Assembly (NCBI RefSeq): GCF_964355755.1
Contig: NC_092680.1
Span: 19,973,045 to 20,037,044, forward strand
Direction: 5' to 3'
DNA from: Antedon mediterranea
Taxonomy: Eukaryota; Animalia; Echinodermata
Length of the DNA: 64,000 bases
The notes under the pieces: model-generated
Database searches by the model: none
Told to the model about the DNA's origin: nothing
The model's input: only the letters and a program-made list of their open reading frames with translations
Shown here: positions 1 to 22,160 of the stretch, piece after piece
How positions within the stretch are numbered: position 1 is the first letter of the stretch
Layout of the letters: every line of letters starts with the position of its first letter
Made by a program: the position numbers and the translations under genes

Positions 1-346
1 GTTGAAAAAATAAAGTAAACATTATCATAACATTCTTTCTATTGCTATGAAGAAGCTATCAATTTCATTGTAAAAATAGACAAATCGTTTTCATTGGGTG
101 TATGTAGTGACATTTCTTCACTATCAATATAAACTAGAAAAATTGCCATATTACATGTCTTAATATATTGGATAGACTAAAAATACCATCGAATATTCGG
201 TTAAACCTAATAATATATATACCATTAAATTAATTTCCTTCGGCCAGACCTAATTAAAATGCAATGAATGACCGTTAGACTCAATAGCTGCGTAGTGCGT
301 TGTGAACACAAATGTCGATAGATTGTTTTTCATTTCGGTAATGACA

Positions 347-508
347 ATCCTCTTTTTCTTCCTTCTTTGCTTCTTCTTTCTTCTCTTCTCCTTCTCCGCC
401 TGCAGCAGCTGGAGCAGCAGCCACAACAAAGGCAGACGGATCTGCCAAATATGCTTTTGCAGATTCAGCTTCCTTGAACTCGATCTCAGTTGCACAAGCA
501 ATGGCAAG
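347..508 (-). pseudogene. RPLP0: Isolated fragment of 60S acidic ribosomal protein P0 (C-terminal hinge)
   Basis: Minus strand reads LAIACATEIEFKEAESAKAYLADPSAFVVAAAPAAAGGEGEEKKEEAKKEEKED, matching the P0 KA(F/Y)LADPSAF + Ala-rich hinge + acidic tail. It lacks the terminal SDxDMGFGLFD and any upstream P0 sequence. Confidence 0.8.
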
Positions 509-2258
509 GAAATCCAAGCTTAGATGTTTGCTAACATACAGACCTATTCCAAGTGACACAATGGTAAATAAATATAATATACAGGTACATAGGATTTGAT
601 TTTGATGACACACTTACACATGACCTTTGACACTGCTACATGACGGCTGTAACATGGTAAACAAATACAGAGTCGATAATACAGAGTAATATTTTATTTA
701 ATTACAATCAATTTCTTATTTTACATAATATAAACAGAATTGATGGCATACAAATAAATTAGTAAAAAATAAAATAAAATCATTGTTAAGTAACAACATG
801 AAACGTTTACACAAAAGGTAAACATAACGCGTATTATAGTATTTCATCTAATATTTATTGTTGAACTAAAAAATACAAATGTTTGTATCAACTCTCCATT
901 TGCAACAATCATTATATAAAAATATAACAGAATAATTCAAATTGTATAATATTGTTTATGTATTATTTGATTTCCTTGGTTTTGTCTACAGTATTTATAA
1001 ATCTATCTTTAAATTCAAATTTTCTCCCGAAAAACTACACTCTAATTATTAATTGATTAAAATAAGTGAGTATCTTGAATCTCAATTGAGTGGCTTGTTT
1101 TTGGTGTGTTAGCGATGTTACATATTCTGGGTTCCTATATAATTAATTTTTAAAAAATTTTTGTTTTCCTATGTATATTTTTTCAAATTTCAAGCGCCGT
1201 CCATACTGGCGATTGACTACCACCTCGTTACCGTTTTCCTCCAAGCAGGTGTGTTTTGAGCAAGACGCTTGACTTGCCCTAAATTCAACCCTGTCCATTT
1301 TTTGATGCTATTAACCATCATAGATATGCCTGTATAGCACTGCTATCAATGAAAAATCACTTTATACATTTATTTTAGTAATTCAAACGTGGCCTTGCGC
1401 TATAAAAAACTTGTTTATTAGCGTCATACTATGAAAAATAGTATAGTACCGTAAAATCTCGAAAAGAAGCCCTTGTTTTCCAACGAATAAATATACAATC
1501 AATTTGAAATAAACGAGGGAGTGGTTAACCAAGTAAATCACAAAATACATTGTATGTGAATCGAATAAAAGGTACGTAGAAATGAATTTAAAGCAAAATA
1601 AATGTGCGTAGAATTTAAAGCAAATGTTATTAAATGCGAGAGGCAAAAGAAATAAAACATCATTATCATTTGACAATATTTAAATCATTTCTCTCAATTT
1701 AAAAAAATATATTTACGATCAAAGACAACTCGTTTCTTTATAAGTGTAGTTAATTATGATTTGTATTACTCACATCTTTCAATACTATAATCAATTATTA
1801 TTATTATTATGATATCATTTATATTACGGGCAATAAGATGACGGTAAAAAGAAAAACTATTTTCATAAATTTAATCACATAACGTCATGATCAGTACTAC
1901 GAACAATAACATTGATTAACACTTTTCTAATTTCTTCTGCTTTCTGTAGACAAATTGTATATATTAATCTATCAATTGTTCATATCGTATGAACGGGCCT
2001 TTAGTTCTGGCATTAAAAAAAGCAGACTACCATACTGAGTTGCAGTGGCACAAGACACGCCCATAAGATCAAACAATTACTTTAAATAAGTAATGCAAAT
2101 TGTCCAACTTAATAAAATATTCTGCTAAAATATGAATTTTAAACTTTGATAAAATGTCACCCCCAGTGATCCATCTCTTTTGCTTTTTTCTAGCAGACAT
2201 TCCCGCATATAAATATCTTTAAATTCATATCTGTAAATGTTTGTAGATTCCAGCTCAA

Positions 2259-11033
<8,775 letters not shown>

Positions 11034-11167
11034 TTCACTTTGTTTCCATGAAATAAACGAAGATTATTCTGATTATTCGTTCGTGTTTAATTGGGAATTT
11101 ACTAAAGTAAAAAAAAAAACGTATCACCGCGATAACTCTCTGGGAATTTTGCATGGAAAAATTGTCG

Positions 11168-11182
11168 CGGAAGTTACGTCAC
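11168..11182. promoter_or_regulatory. ETS-CRE composite motif in the UBE2W proximal promoter
   Basis: CGGAAGTTACGTCAC, one mismatch from the composite CGGAAGTGACGTCAC, ~135 bp upstream of the UBE2W ATG in a locally CpG-rich patch. Confidence 0.5.
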
Positions 11183-11870
11183 GAAAAGAAGACGGATACG
11201 ATCCTACGAAGTATGGAACGCTAGTTGGCCTGGAATGTGAAAAAAACTAAATGAAAGCACTCAGAAACTGAGTGAAGTACTTGGCAAACTAGAAGGGCAC
11301 TCCGAGAATGCATACCTCCTACTGTAAAATTCCCTACATTTCCCCGGAAATTTTTTATATTTGTGTCTTTTAATGCTGTTTGTGATTTAGGCTAATTTCA
11401 CTAATGGCTATGTAAATATTTTATTTACGGTATTCCTTTTAATTATAATATATACTGTAATATAATATTTTATATATATTTTTTGTTACTATAATCCTAA
11501 TTTCAACAGTCTGATGGAAACTTACCTGTAGACAAGTAACGAGTAAAAAAGTAAATAGTTTTTATCTGACGGTAGCAGTTTATGACATAATTAAAACTAT
11601 AATTTGAAATGTGGAAACAAATATATAAGAATGATCAGTCCTGTATACTCTTGAAATGTTTATTTATATATACATATTTGACTTAAATACTTTTCTGGTG
11701 GAACTAGTCTGAAAGCCCTCTAAGCTTATTTAAGTTTCTCCAGCATTCTACTCTTTTTTTACACTCTCATTTTTTGTTGTTATTACATATTATGATGTAT
11801 CTTATGACAATAAATACAATTGAATAAATCTTATTATTATACATAATATACACATACACATATGCTATTA

Positions 11871-14789
11871 TTATAACGGAAGTGGAAACTTAGTAAATAA
11901 GTCCAGACACTTTACAGAACAGCAAAGCCCTAAAAATGTAATAGAATTAGATTGCCGATAAGTAGCTATTGGGTGCTTCATGAGATGAGGATAGCCAGCT
12001 GTAAACAAAGGCCTATTGCAACCATGGAATTCACAGTGAGCAGTTGCAAACGTAGCCAGATCTTTTAGACTTCGTGGTAATCTTGACATCTGTAAAATAT
12101 CTGTAATTAGAAAATATGATGAGTACATTTTAGTAGGAATGTATAGCTTCTAGGAGCCTGTGTATGAAATTTGCCAAAACTTAGGCGATGGGATTACACA
12201 CTCCAATTACATTAATGGAGTTTACCAAAGTTTTGTGTTTAACATTTACATAAATTAAGGGGGAAGGGTTATATTCGAACATGGGATTATACTTGGTTAT
12301 ACATGGTTTTGACTATTTATTGATTTTATCTAAACTAAATAAAATAGCAATAGCGGACAAACCTTTGTATTTATTAACAACTCTAAAGGACAGTTCGAGC
12401 AACGAGGTTACTAGTAACCCAGGACGTGACCAAATATTTTGAATTTCATCTGGTATGTGAGCAGACATATTGTTTTCTTTGAATTCTATGCGACGTGAAT
12501 TGGATTCAGTTCCACACCTACAATAAAAAAACAATTTATGTCGATGTTTGTTTAAGAAAGGAACCACTATTCTATATGGTGTTTAGATATTGTATACTGT
12601 ATATAAAAAACTTGGGTTGGTCTGAGCCTGACATTACTTTTTTCAACAGTAGTGACTATAAACATTGTATTAATGTGAACATTAAACATACCGGTATGTT
12701 CCAACTTCTTTTGACCACAAACTAAAAGGCACAGACTTAAACAATCCATTGTTATCAGCATATACTCTTTTTAAATTTGCGCAGTACCCAAGATCTTAAA
12801 GTAAAAGAGAAAACTTTCCTACATCTTTCTCTTACTATTACTATAAACAAAATTACTTCTCTTTTATATACATGAGTAAAATAGATTTTTTATTTTGATT
12901 CAATTTTTATTTTTATTTATACAATTTACAAAATCAAAATTACAAATATTTTCCAGCTAAATGAATGTATAAATATGAATGAAAAAATAACAATATTAAT
13001 ATAGGTTCAAAAACAAAAATCAAAGCAAAAATGTGGATAAAAAAAATAAAGCACATAAAAGGGAAGAGTGAAAACTCTTCCCAGCACATACCCATTGGCA
13101 AGTAGAGGAGATTATTTCCAGTAATTGATAATTCTTCTAAACAATGGAGAACAGTGATTTGACGAGGAACTACACTCAAAAAGTTTTTGTCAAGATTTAA
13201 TGTCTGTAGTGAAGAGCAATTCTGAATATCACTAGGTAGCGATGTTAATTTGTTATGGTTTAATATAAGTGTCACTAATCCAGTCATTTTGCCAATATCT
13301 ATGGATGTAAAACATTACTAAAGAAATGGATGGTAGCTTATTGAAAATACTGTACATACAAAATGCATACTTATGCTTTACTTGAAAACAATACAAATCC
13401 CATGCTTATAGCAATGTAAAAAAGATACATTATAAGCGGTTTTTCAGAAACCCCTTCTGTAATAATGTATAAAATTGTATTAGCTACCTAAGCAAATTAG
13501 AGGTAAAATCCCCTTGAATTACAGTGCCGTAGCCATGAGTATTAAGGTGGTGAAGTTGTCGCAACAAGAGGGAACAATCCACTGTTTGGGCCATGGGGTT
13601 TTTAAAGGCTTCTGCTAAAAATTGGTCAGGTTGAAACCTTACCAAACCTCACCAATAAGACTGTAACATTTTAACATGAATAGCTACCTGGTGGGAGATG
13701 AACAATAGAATTCTGTGACAAGACAAGTGTCTTCAATGATTTAATATCAAACACACAGCAAGGTATATGCGTAAGGTTGTTCATACTGAGATCTAGCGAT
13801 TCTAACTTTGACAATTCACTCATATCTATAAAGAGAAAAATAACATAATGCAAATATTATTTATATTCAATTATTCATTAATATTAAACTTTATATGTAA
13901 CTACTTACAGGATGAAATCAACCGAACAGAAGTGGTTTAGATTATCAATTTCTAGGGCATTTGCAATTAAATAAAACGTCTTAAAAACCATGAAAACACA
14001 TTACCTTCAGGAAGGTCAGCTATCTTATTAGAAGGTACATACCTAAAAACAATATATTATTAAACAATTAATCTATTATTATTTACAGTAATTGTTGTTA
14101 CATTGCTAAATGTCAGTGGAAAAAACCCCTTATATTTGTAATGTGCACAAGTTTGTGTGTGAAAAGTTGTGGCTAGATTGTTCTAATTCATTTATCACAA
14201 GCTGTAACTACACAACATTGTTATTACTGAAATAATATTTTCATAGGTAAACTTACAGTTCTTTCAGGTTTGATAAGAACTTTAAATCTTGAGGCTATGG
14301 AGAGAAATGTTGTTTAACAGTATATAGCAACACATACTAATATTGAAGTGGTTACAAAATCATTATTGTTTGAAGGTTTGCATGGCGAAATCAAATGTTG
14401 ATATAAGTTTGAGGTACACCACGTATGTTAGTTCTCACTCCTGAGGATGATCAAAGCATATTGATCGAAACGTCGAGAAAATCACTATTAAAATTTAATT
14501 AGATTTTATCAGGTCAAAATTGATGAATCTCTTGCATTATATTAATGCTAACACTTACAAGTGTCTGTAATAGATTCCGTTTAAGGTAGATACCTTCAAC
14601 ATGTAGAAAGGCATTATCTTTAAAAAGTTGTGTTGGCAATTTTGTCAATCCTTTATAATTAAGGTATATAAGTTTGTGGCCAAGAATTCTGCATTCTTCT
14701 AATATATCAGTAATATTGTTAGCCTCACTGTCTTCTACTTGTACAGTTTGAGGTCTGGTGCTACTGCATTGTGTACTACTACTAGTCAT
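11871..14789 (-). CDS. LRRC28: Leucine-rich repeat-containing protein 28; coding exons 14559-14789, 14257-14294, 14005-14042, 13688-13825, 13092-13298, 12692-12794, 12363-12517, 11871-12100
   Basis: HKLIYLNYKGLTKLP...GIYLKRNLLQTL, LxxLxLxxN repeats, NFLSVVPRQI, DLGYCANLKRVYADNN, and the C-terminal LPRSL...HC..CNRPLFTAGYP...TFLGLCCSVKCL match LRRC28. All introns are GT-AG and in phase. Confidence 0.9.
14438..14477 (+). ncRNA. Minimal type I hammerhead ribozyme motif (Penelope-like element relic)
   Basis: ctc-CTGAGGA-t-gatcaa(agcata)ttgatc-GAAA-C-GTC-gag: CUGANGA core, perfect 6-bp stem II, GAAA, loopless AC/GU stem III, GUC cleavage triplet, and ctc/gag stem I. Confidence 0.7.
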
Positions 14790-15310
14790 ACTGCATTTTA
14801 TCTATCTGAAATAATAACAACAATTTTATTTTAATCAATTTATTGAAGTTGCAATGGTATTTTGTACAGAATGTCACCATACACAGAGTAGGCCTACATA
14901 CATGATCTTATGATTATTATTAGAAGAGGCGCCGGTGCCTTAGTATTACCAGGGAGATGTCTCCCTGGTATTACTGCACTCCAACCACTCTTCTGAGAGT
15001 GACTCTCCACGTGTTTGTGGTTAATTGCCACAGCATGCCTTTTACATACTGTAGCATATTATTATTATTATTAGTTAGGCCTAACCCTAAAGCTTATATT
15101 ATTATCATCAGGCCTAGTTAGGCCTACTTAGTTAGTCTACTAACTAGGCTAAATAATTCCTTCTTAAAGATATTTAGGCCGCTAGGAGGCCCAGGCTAAA
15201 AAGTTCCTTACTCCCGCCGATGCCTCTCGGATCCTTGCCAATGCCTCTCGGATCCTCACCCATCCCCCAGGTACGTATTTTTGCTGGCCCCTCGTTTAGA
15301 GGTATATTAA

Positions 15311-16695
15311 GAGGTCATTCTGACACGACTGGAGTGTTCTCTACTTCTCTACGGAGCGCCATTTATGCCTTTATTAACTCAATAATAGAAATAGTACTAC
15401 GGTAACTGCTCAAGTGGACCCAATTTAGCACCAGGGTAACACAGTGATATAAAATAGAAATAAGTCACTGAATGTCAATATATTTTCGTATGTTAATACA
15501 CTGTGCTCCAGTGGACCCAATTAAGTTTCAATATATTTTCGTATGTTAATACACTGTGCTCCAGTGGATCCAATTTGGCACAGCGAAATAGTCACATACA
15601 AAAACATTGAGAAAAAAATACTTCTGGAATTCAAAAATATTTCAATATAGTTCAATATCGGTTACTCCATCCGTAATGGAAAAGAAAAATTAGTTTCAAG
15701 CCATATCAGTGATTTTAATAACTTGCGTTTGTCTAAGATAAATACTTATTTAGTGTCCCCGGAAAGTGCACCTATTCATTGAAGTATGAAATTAAATATT
15801 AAGTGTCTAGTACAGCCCACCATGGTTGGGGCAGAGCTAATAATGAAAATAGAGCCCATAATTGCACTTATACTTATACTTACTATACATTATGATAATG
15901 TTATTTCAACTATCCAGACGCGACTTCAACATTTTAGGTGGGGTTTTCTACTTTAAAAACTCGACTTATATGCCTAAGGCCTAGCCCGGGGGCGGAATTA
16001 GTAAGCTTCGAAATTGGTCTAGAAATCGGCATCTTTGCAAATGTTCTATATTTGATCTTATTTCACTCTCCATTAAACCCCATACAAAAACCATCGGAGA
16101 CAAACTATCTGTTTAAAACATGTTTATTCTGGGACGGTGTGGCCATACACACTGACTACCATAAACGTTTATTCATAACATTACAATACAATATCTTGCA
16201 TAAATCGGACATTTCGCTACGAATGTATGTATTTTGTCTTTTTCTAAGTGAAAACATTATTTTTTCGGGTTTTTTCTACGGAAGTGATTCACTTTATTAC
16301 TAAACTACAAAATAACCTAAGTCAAAGTCTGATTTAATGAACCTTCATTTTTAATGTTTTTGGCGGACAATACATCTTTAATTTTGTTAAAATTTTCATA
16401 ATAAATCATAAATATGATATATTCCGGTTATATTTCCGGCACGATAGTCCGATGAGAAGGGTATATGCCGGTAACGATACCGGCACGACGCCAGCCAGTA
16501 TATTGCAGGCACATCTGTGAGAAAGGGGCTTTAGTGACTTATTTCTATTCTATATCACTGTGCTCCACCGGTGCCAAATTTGATCCACTGGACCAGTTAC
16601 CGTAGTACTACAGTATTTCTATTTCTGAAGTAAATAAAGGCATAAATGGCGCTCCATAGAGAAGTAGAGAACGCTCTATCGTCAGAATGACGCTC
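15311..16695. repeat. ~160-bp inverted repeat arms (15311-15469 and 16533-16695) in the LRRC28/LYPLA bidirectional upstream region
   Basis: Left arm gtcattctgac...gttctctacttctctacggagcgccatttatgcctttatt...gtactacggtaactg...cacagtgatataaaatagaaataagtcact is the reverse complement of the right arm with scattered mismatches. Confidence 0.9.
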
Positions 16696-17659
16696 TGAAT
16701 AGTTTCAGTTCAACCAAGTAGACTTTTCTACAGACGTTACGTAGTACAATATGAATAGCAAACCTTGCTTCATCGACCAAATTGGTATCTTTTTAGAACC
16801 TGGAAGAATAGATGTTGGTTTATTTTTTTTCGATCTTTTTGATCTATGATTTTATTCAAAACAAAATTGCTGCTTAAAAATTATTCAAAAGCAACACCTG
16901 TAAGAAATTTACTTATTTATAAATTATGTAAATAAAGTTGATTCAATTAAAAAGGTTGTCAACTTGTTAAGCAAGCTAAATTCAATAAGCTAGGCTAGGC
17001 TAGCCTCCGAATCCTAGCTTCTGTGTTGTGTGTAGGGCGCTAGTTCGCCGCTGTTAAGAGTTGGTAGGCCTAGTCAACTAGCTAGGCCTAGGTATGTAGT
17101 AGTAGGTCTAGGACCTACTTTCTCGGTCAGGTAGAGTAGTAGTAAAGCCCAAGCCATCCATGTCTACACATTCAATATGTTAATTATTATTTTTATTATA
17201 TTGGCAGACTTTTTTTTACCTTCAAAAAAGCAAATAAAGGAAGAAAATGAATACATATTAATAAATAATACTAAACCTATAATGCCTTGGCCTATATTGA
17301 TTTTAAATGGATAGCCTAGCTAGGCATAAACGATAATATAAAACATTTTTTTTAACCAAAAATATTGATGAAACAGAATTTTTAAAAGCTGATGAGACTT
17401 AGATTGTTTTTCCCATTCATGTGACGTAAAATGAGTTTATTTGTGTTTCACTCGTCTCTGGTTAAACGATGTGACCTACTACTATATTTGTGTTGAATAA
17501 ACAATGATTTTAATATTATTTAGAACCATTCTGACAATAATAGATTTGATGTTGCTGCTGGTAGTAGGACTACATACTGTAAAATGTTAACTATATCTAC
17601 TATATGTTTTATCTTGTTGATAGATAACACTCTTATTCCTACCATCACTTGTACGGTGT

Positions 17660-19763
17660 ATGTGTGGCAATTCATACTCAATTATGGCCGGCTCAGCAAC
17701 AGTCAAGCCAACAGCCAAACATACAGCCTCGGTTTGTATCAACCTTTTAATTTACTTTTTCAAATGTTAATTAATTCACAATTTTTACTTTCAATTTGTC
17801 CAATTGACACATCCTTTGTATGCCCTTTATTATTATTATTATTATATATTTTTCCTATTCATAGTAATCAATTTGTGCCTAGAATAGATATTAATTTAAC
17901 TTTTTTTTCAGGTTATCTTTCTACATGGCTTGGGTGATACTGGGTAAGTGACAATATAGTGAAAATATTTGTTTTTAAATAATTATAATTAAACAATAAT
18001 TTATATACATCATTCATTTTTGTGGTGTTCTCTTATTTTTCATTTGTGTTAGACATTCATGGGCTGCAGGACTAGATTCGTTTAAAGAACCTCATATCAA
18101 GTACATTTGTCCAACAGCGTAAGTATTAATTAACAATTATTATACTGAATAAATGAAATTGTACAAATAAGACACAAAGAATAAGTAACACAATAGACTA
18201 TACGGTAGCAATTATAAACAGTCTAAAACATTATTTTTCTTTACATAGGCCCACAATACCTGTGACTCTAAACAGTGGATTTCAAATGCCTGCCTGGTTT
18301 GATATTGTTTCGTTATCATTTACTGGTAGTGAAGATTCTGCTGGTATTATCAATTCATCTAAACTTAGTAAGTCTTCAATTGTGTTAAGGTGGAAAAATG
18401 AGTTCACATCCATTACATAATTGTTTACTCTTTTTAAATTCATTATTATTACAATAATTTAACAGTTTATTTACTAATTCAAATTAAACCATCTATTAAG
18501 TACAAAGTATTATTGAAGAAGAAGTGAAAGCTGGCATTGATCGTTCAAGAATCATAATTGGTGGTTTCTCACAAGGGGGCGCTGTAGCTTTGTACTCAGC
18601 ACTGTCAAATCCGCAACCCGTTGGTGGTGTAGTTTGTCTAAGTTGTTGGCTTCCTTTGCATGCATCTTTTCCAGAGGTTAGTGGTGTAAACATATTTATT
18701 AAAAACAAACTTGCACCACAAATGTCAATATTGTGCCATCTATTAGAAATATAAAAATAATCATGAAATGTTTTTGTTTATATGTTGTAGGCTTCAAAAG
18801 GTGACAATTCATTCCCAATTCTTCAATGTCATGGTGACCGTGACCCTATGGTGAATTATAAATTCGGACAGATGACTGCGAGTGTAGTGTCCAAAATGTG
18901 TACAAATCACACATTTACAACTTATCCAGGGCTAGAACACAGTTCATCAGCAAAAGTATGTAAAATATGATAAATATAAAAGAGTGACTCTTTCTTGTAG
19001 AATAAAACAGATCATTTTATTGTATTAAATGATAATATACAGGGACGATGACAATAACTGACCATGACAATTAAATTAATGATGACAATGTCAAAGAATT
19101 GTGATGACTGCCAATTAAGATGATCAATGAATTTGACAACAATGCATGGTATCAGTTATGACTGAATGGTTCTGATGTCAGTCAAGGATGATGAAGATAA
19201 TGTTGTGAATAATGAGATGATGATGCATCTTAGACTCAACAATGATGACATGAGGATAAAGCACTGTAATAATGATAATAGGAGGTTTAGTTGTGTATTG
19301 TATGCTTATAACACTTAAAGATGTCCCCCAAAAACATGATGAATGAAGATTAATTAAATCAGACTTTGAATCAGTTACATTGTAGTTTTAGTTTTATTGA
19401 AGTTAATCACTTCTGTAGAAAAAAAAACCGGAAACAAAATTTCACTTATAAAATGACAAAATAAATCATTAAATTCAACCAAAAACTCATTTGGCTGGCT
19501 GCCAATTTGACTATTTTTTGCTTTAAATTACAGTTTTTTCAGGTAAATAATTTTTTTTCTATCCAATTTTTGGTTAAAGTGAATAATGTGACATTACTAT
19601 GGCATTAACAATTTTTAAAGAATTATTTTTTTCTGGGGGACAATATATTTTTAAGAATAATAGGTGGTTTAGTTGTGTGTTAGATTAAATTATTTAACTT
19701 TTATTTTTACAGGAAATGTTAGATGTGAAGAATTTTATCTTAAAGGTGTTACCACCAATTTAG
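17660..19763 (+). CDS. LYPLA1: Acyl-protein thioesterase (LYPLA1/LYPLA2 co-ortholog); coding exons 17660-17731, 17912-17943, 18053-18118, 18249-18367, 18501-18676, 18791-18955, 19713-19763
   Basis: MCGN start, [43 protein letters not shown] nucleophile elbow, [20 protein letters not shown], and [16 protein letters not shown]. The Ser-Asp-His triad is intact and introns are GT-AG in phase. Confidence 0.95.
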
Positions 19764-19989
19764 TAATTCTGCAATATCATCAGAAATTAATATATTTCAA
19801 CGATATGGGTGACTGCTACAACTTGCTGGTTCTTCTGACTTACTATGACTCATTCATAACATTTCATACAAAAACGTATTGTTTATAAAATTATTCCGTA
19901 TCCATTTTTTAGACAATGTCTTTCAAAATATAGAATTGTAACAATGTATAATTGTAATAATGTATTAGCACATTTTGTAGTAAACATTT

Positions 19990-22160
19990 GTATTTGTGTA
20001 TAGCATAATCACAACTGTGAATTACTTAGACGTCTGGTATAACCTTTCAAAAGTGGTTGCATCGAATGCTGTACCGTGAATTCTACAATATATTGATCGC
20101 TGTTAAGTTATTTCAGGAGCTTTTAACTGTAGTAAATGCATTATATAATGCAAAATTTAAAATCACTTATTTTATTAAGTTTTATACCCCTCATTTGTTA
20201 ATTTGGCAACAGCATGGAACTAATGGTGGAAGTTTGCTGTTCCTAACTCCTTAATCACAAGGCATGTATTATAAATCTGGAATTGGCCAGATATCTTTCT
20301 TTATTTATCTTTATATATCTTCTTTATCTTTAACGCTAAAGTTTTAACTTTCTATTTTTCCTTTTCTCGTTTTCCAAATTTAGTATTAGTTTAGTTTCAA
20401 TAAAAGTTCTGATCTTAACGCAACTTTTTGGATGTATTCTTTGCTAGATTAATAGTAAGTGTTACCATTAATGTAAATTAGAGCCAGAATCCCCATATTA
20501 TCGAAAATAAAATCTTTTGAGATGTGGGTACAATTGATACAACTCTAGTACTTTCTATATTTGCATAGTATAGTAAACAAGTTTGATTCTTATAAGATAC
20601 ATTTATTAAACGTCAGTGTTGTTTAATACTTATTCTTTACGGAGGAAATATTAAATGTACAGTAATACTAAGTACAAAGTATTTTTGTCAATGTCAATTT
20701 TTATACATAATTTGTTGTTGGGGCCGGCGCAGGTTAGCTCAAAGCCTAACAAATCTGACCTATTGTTTCCTAATCTATCCATTTCAGGCTGCCCGGCGAA
20801 ATGAAAACCGTAAGAGGGAAACACCTAGTTCATCTCAGTCCACCGTTTTCATGAGTTTTTTCTTTTTCCAAATTGGTCGTCTCCAGATTCCATTTGACCC
20901 AATAAAATAGATTTTAAATAAATAAGAACTACGTTGGTTGATTGAGCGTGTGAGTTTTCACAACAAATCGAGCCGGTTATATTTCGATGATGGTATCGCC
21001 TCTTCGATTTGTTTGATTTTGTTTTAAAGATTTAGACTACCACGACATTTTGAATGCCTTCACTGCGGGGAACCAATTATTTAACCTTCGGTAGTGTCTA
21101 ACATTATTTCAACACACAATTATAGGACCGAGTGACATCATATTTTTATATTGTGTCTCAAGGCAATTAAGTGTATAAACTGTATTTCATAATTCTACAC
21201 TGATAAACTTTACTTTGCAAACTTCGCAATACAAACAATGTTTTCTAATTTACCATTCTTTGAGAAAATTTTGGGGTAAACATATAATATTTGTGTATAG
21301 CATAAATCACATCTACAAACTACTCGTTTGGTATGTCCTTTCAAAACTATTGCATCAAATGCCGTACTGTGAATTCTGCAATTTACTGATCGTATTTCAG
21401 AAGCTTTCAACTGTAGAAAAAAATATATAATGCAAAATTGAAAATCACTTTGTTGTACCCCCTCATTTTGTAATTGACAAAGTTGTTATTCAACAGCATT
21501 GGTTCTAATTGTGAACGTTTGTTGTTCCTCACAAGGCATGTGGGTTTAAATCTGGCACTTGCCGAATACCTAGTTTCAAAGAAAGGTCTTTTTTTGGATG
21601 TATTCTTTGCTAGATTTATTTAAGCCAACATTCTCACATTTGCGTGTCGAAAATAAATCTTCTTAGATGTGGGCACAATTGTTTCTAACAACTCTACTTT
21701 CTAAATCAAACTATTTATAATATTTTCAACAGATACAAGGAAACTGGATATTGTTGGATATTCAATAACACTTACGTCATCAACCGTGCAATTATTTTAG
21801 TATAATATTATATTATTGAGATTGACCACAAGAGCAGCCACGCGCGAGGGTCATTGCGCGTTCGAAAACCAACTTGCAGTGTATTTCGTACAATGTTAAA
21901 AATAATTTCATTCGGTGGAAGATGAAATGTTCTATTTTCCTAACCAATTTTTACCATTGCACTCATGAATTATTCATTATTTGTACAATATGCCAAGTCT
22001 CTAAAATGTCTCTAAACATGTTTCTAAAGGCTAAATACGTTTGATTCTAGTAAGATATTTTAATTATACTTTTTGTGTTTTTTTAAATACTAATTTTTTC
22101 CGGAGGAAATATCATTAAAAGTAATACCAAAATATTTGTTGTTTTATTTTTCAATGTTGA
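19990..22160. repeat. Old diverged tandem duplication of LYPLA 3' flank (~19990-20700 vs ~21290-22160)
   Basis: Collinear shared blocks: atttgtgtatagcataa, ttgcatc.aatgc.gtac.gtgaattct, aatgcaaaatt.aaaatcactt, cacaaggcatgt, tttttggatgtattctttgctagatt, agatgtggg.acaattg, cggaggaaatat. Confidence 0.8.
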
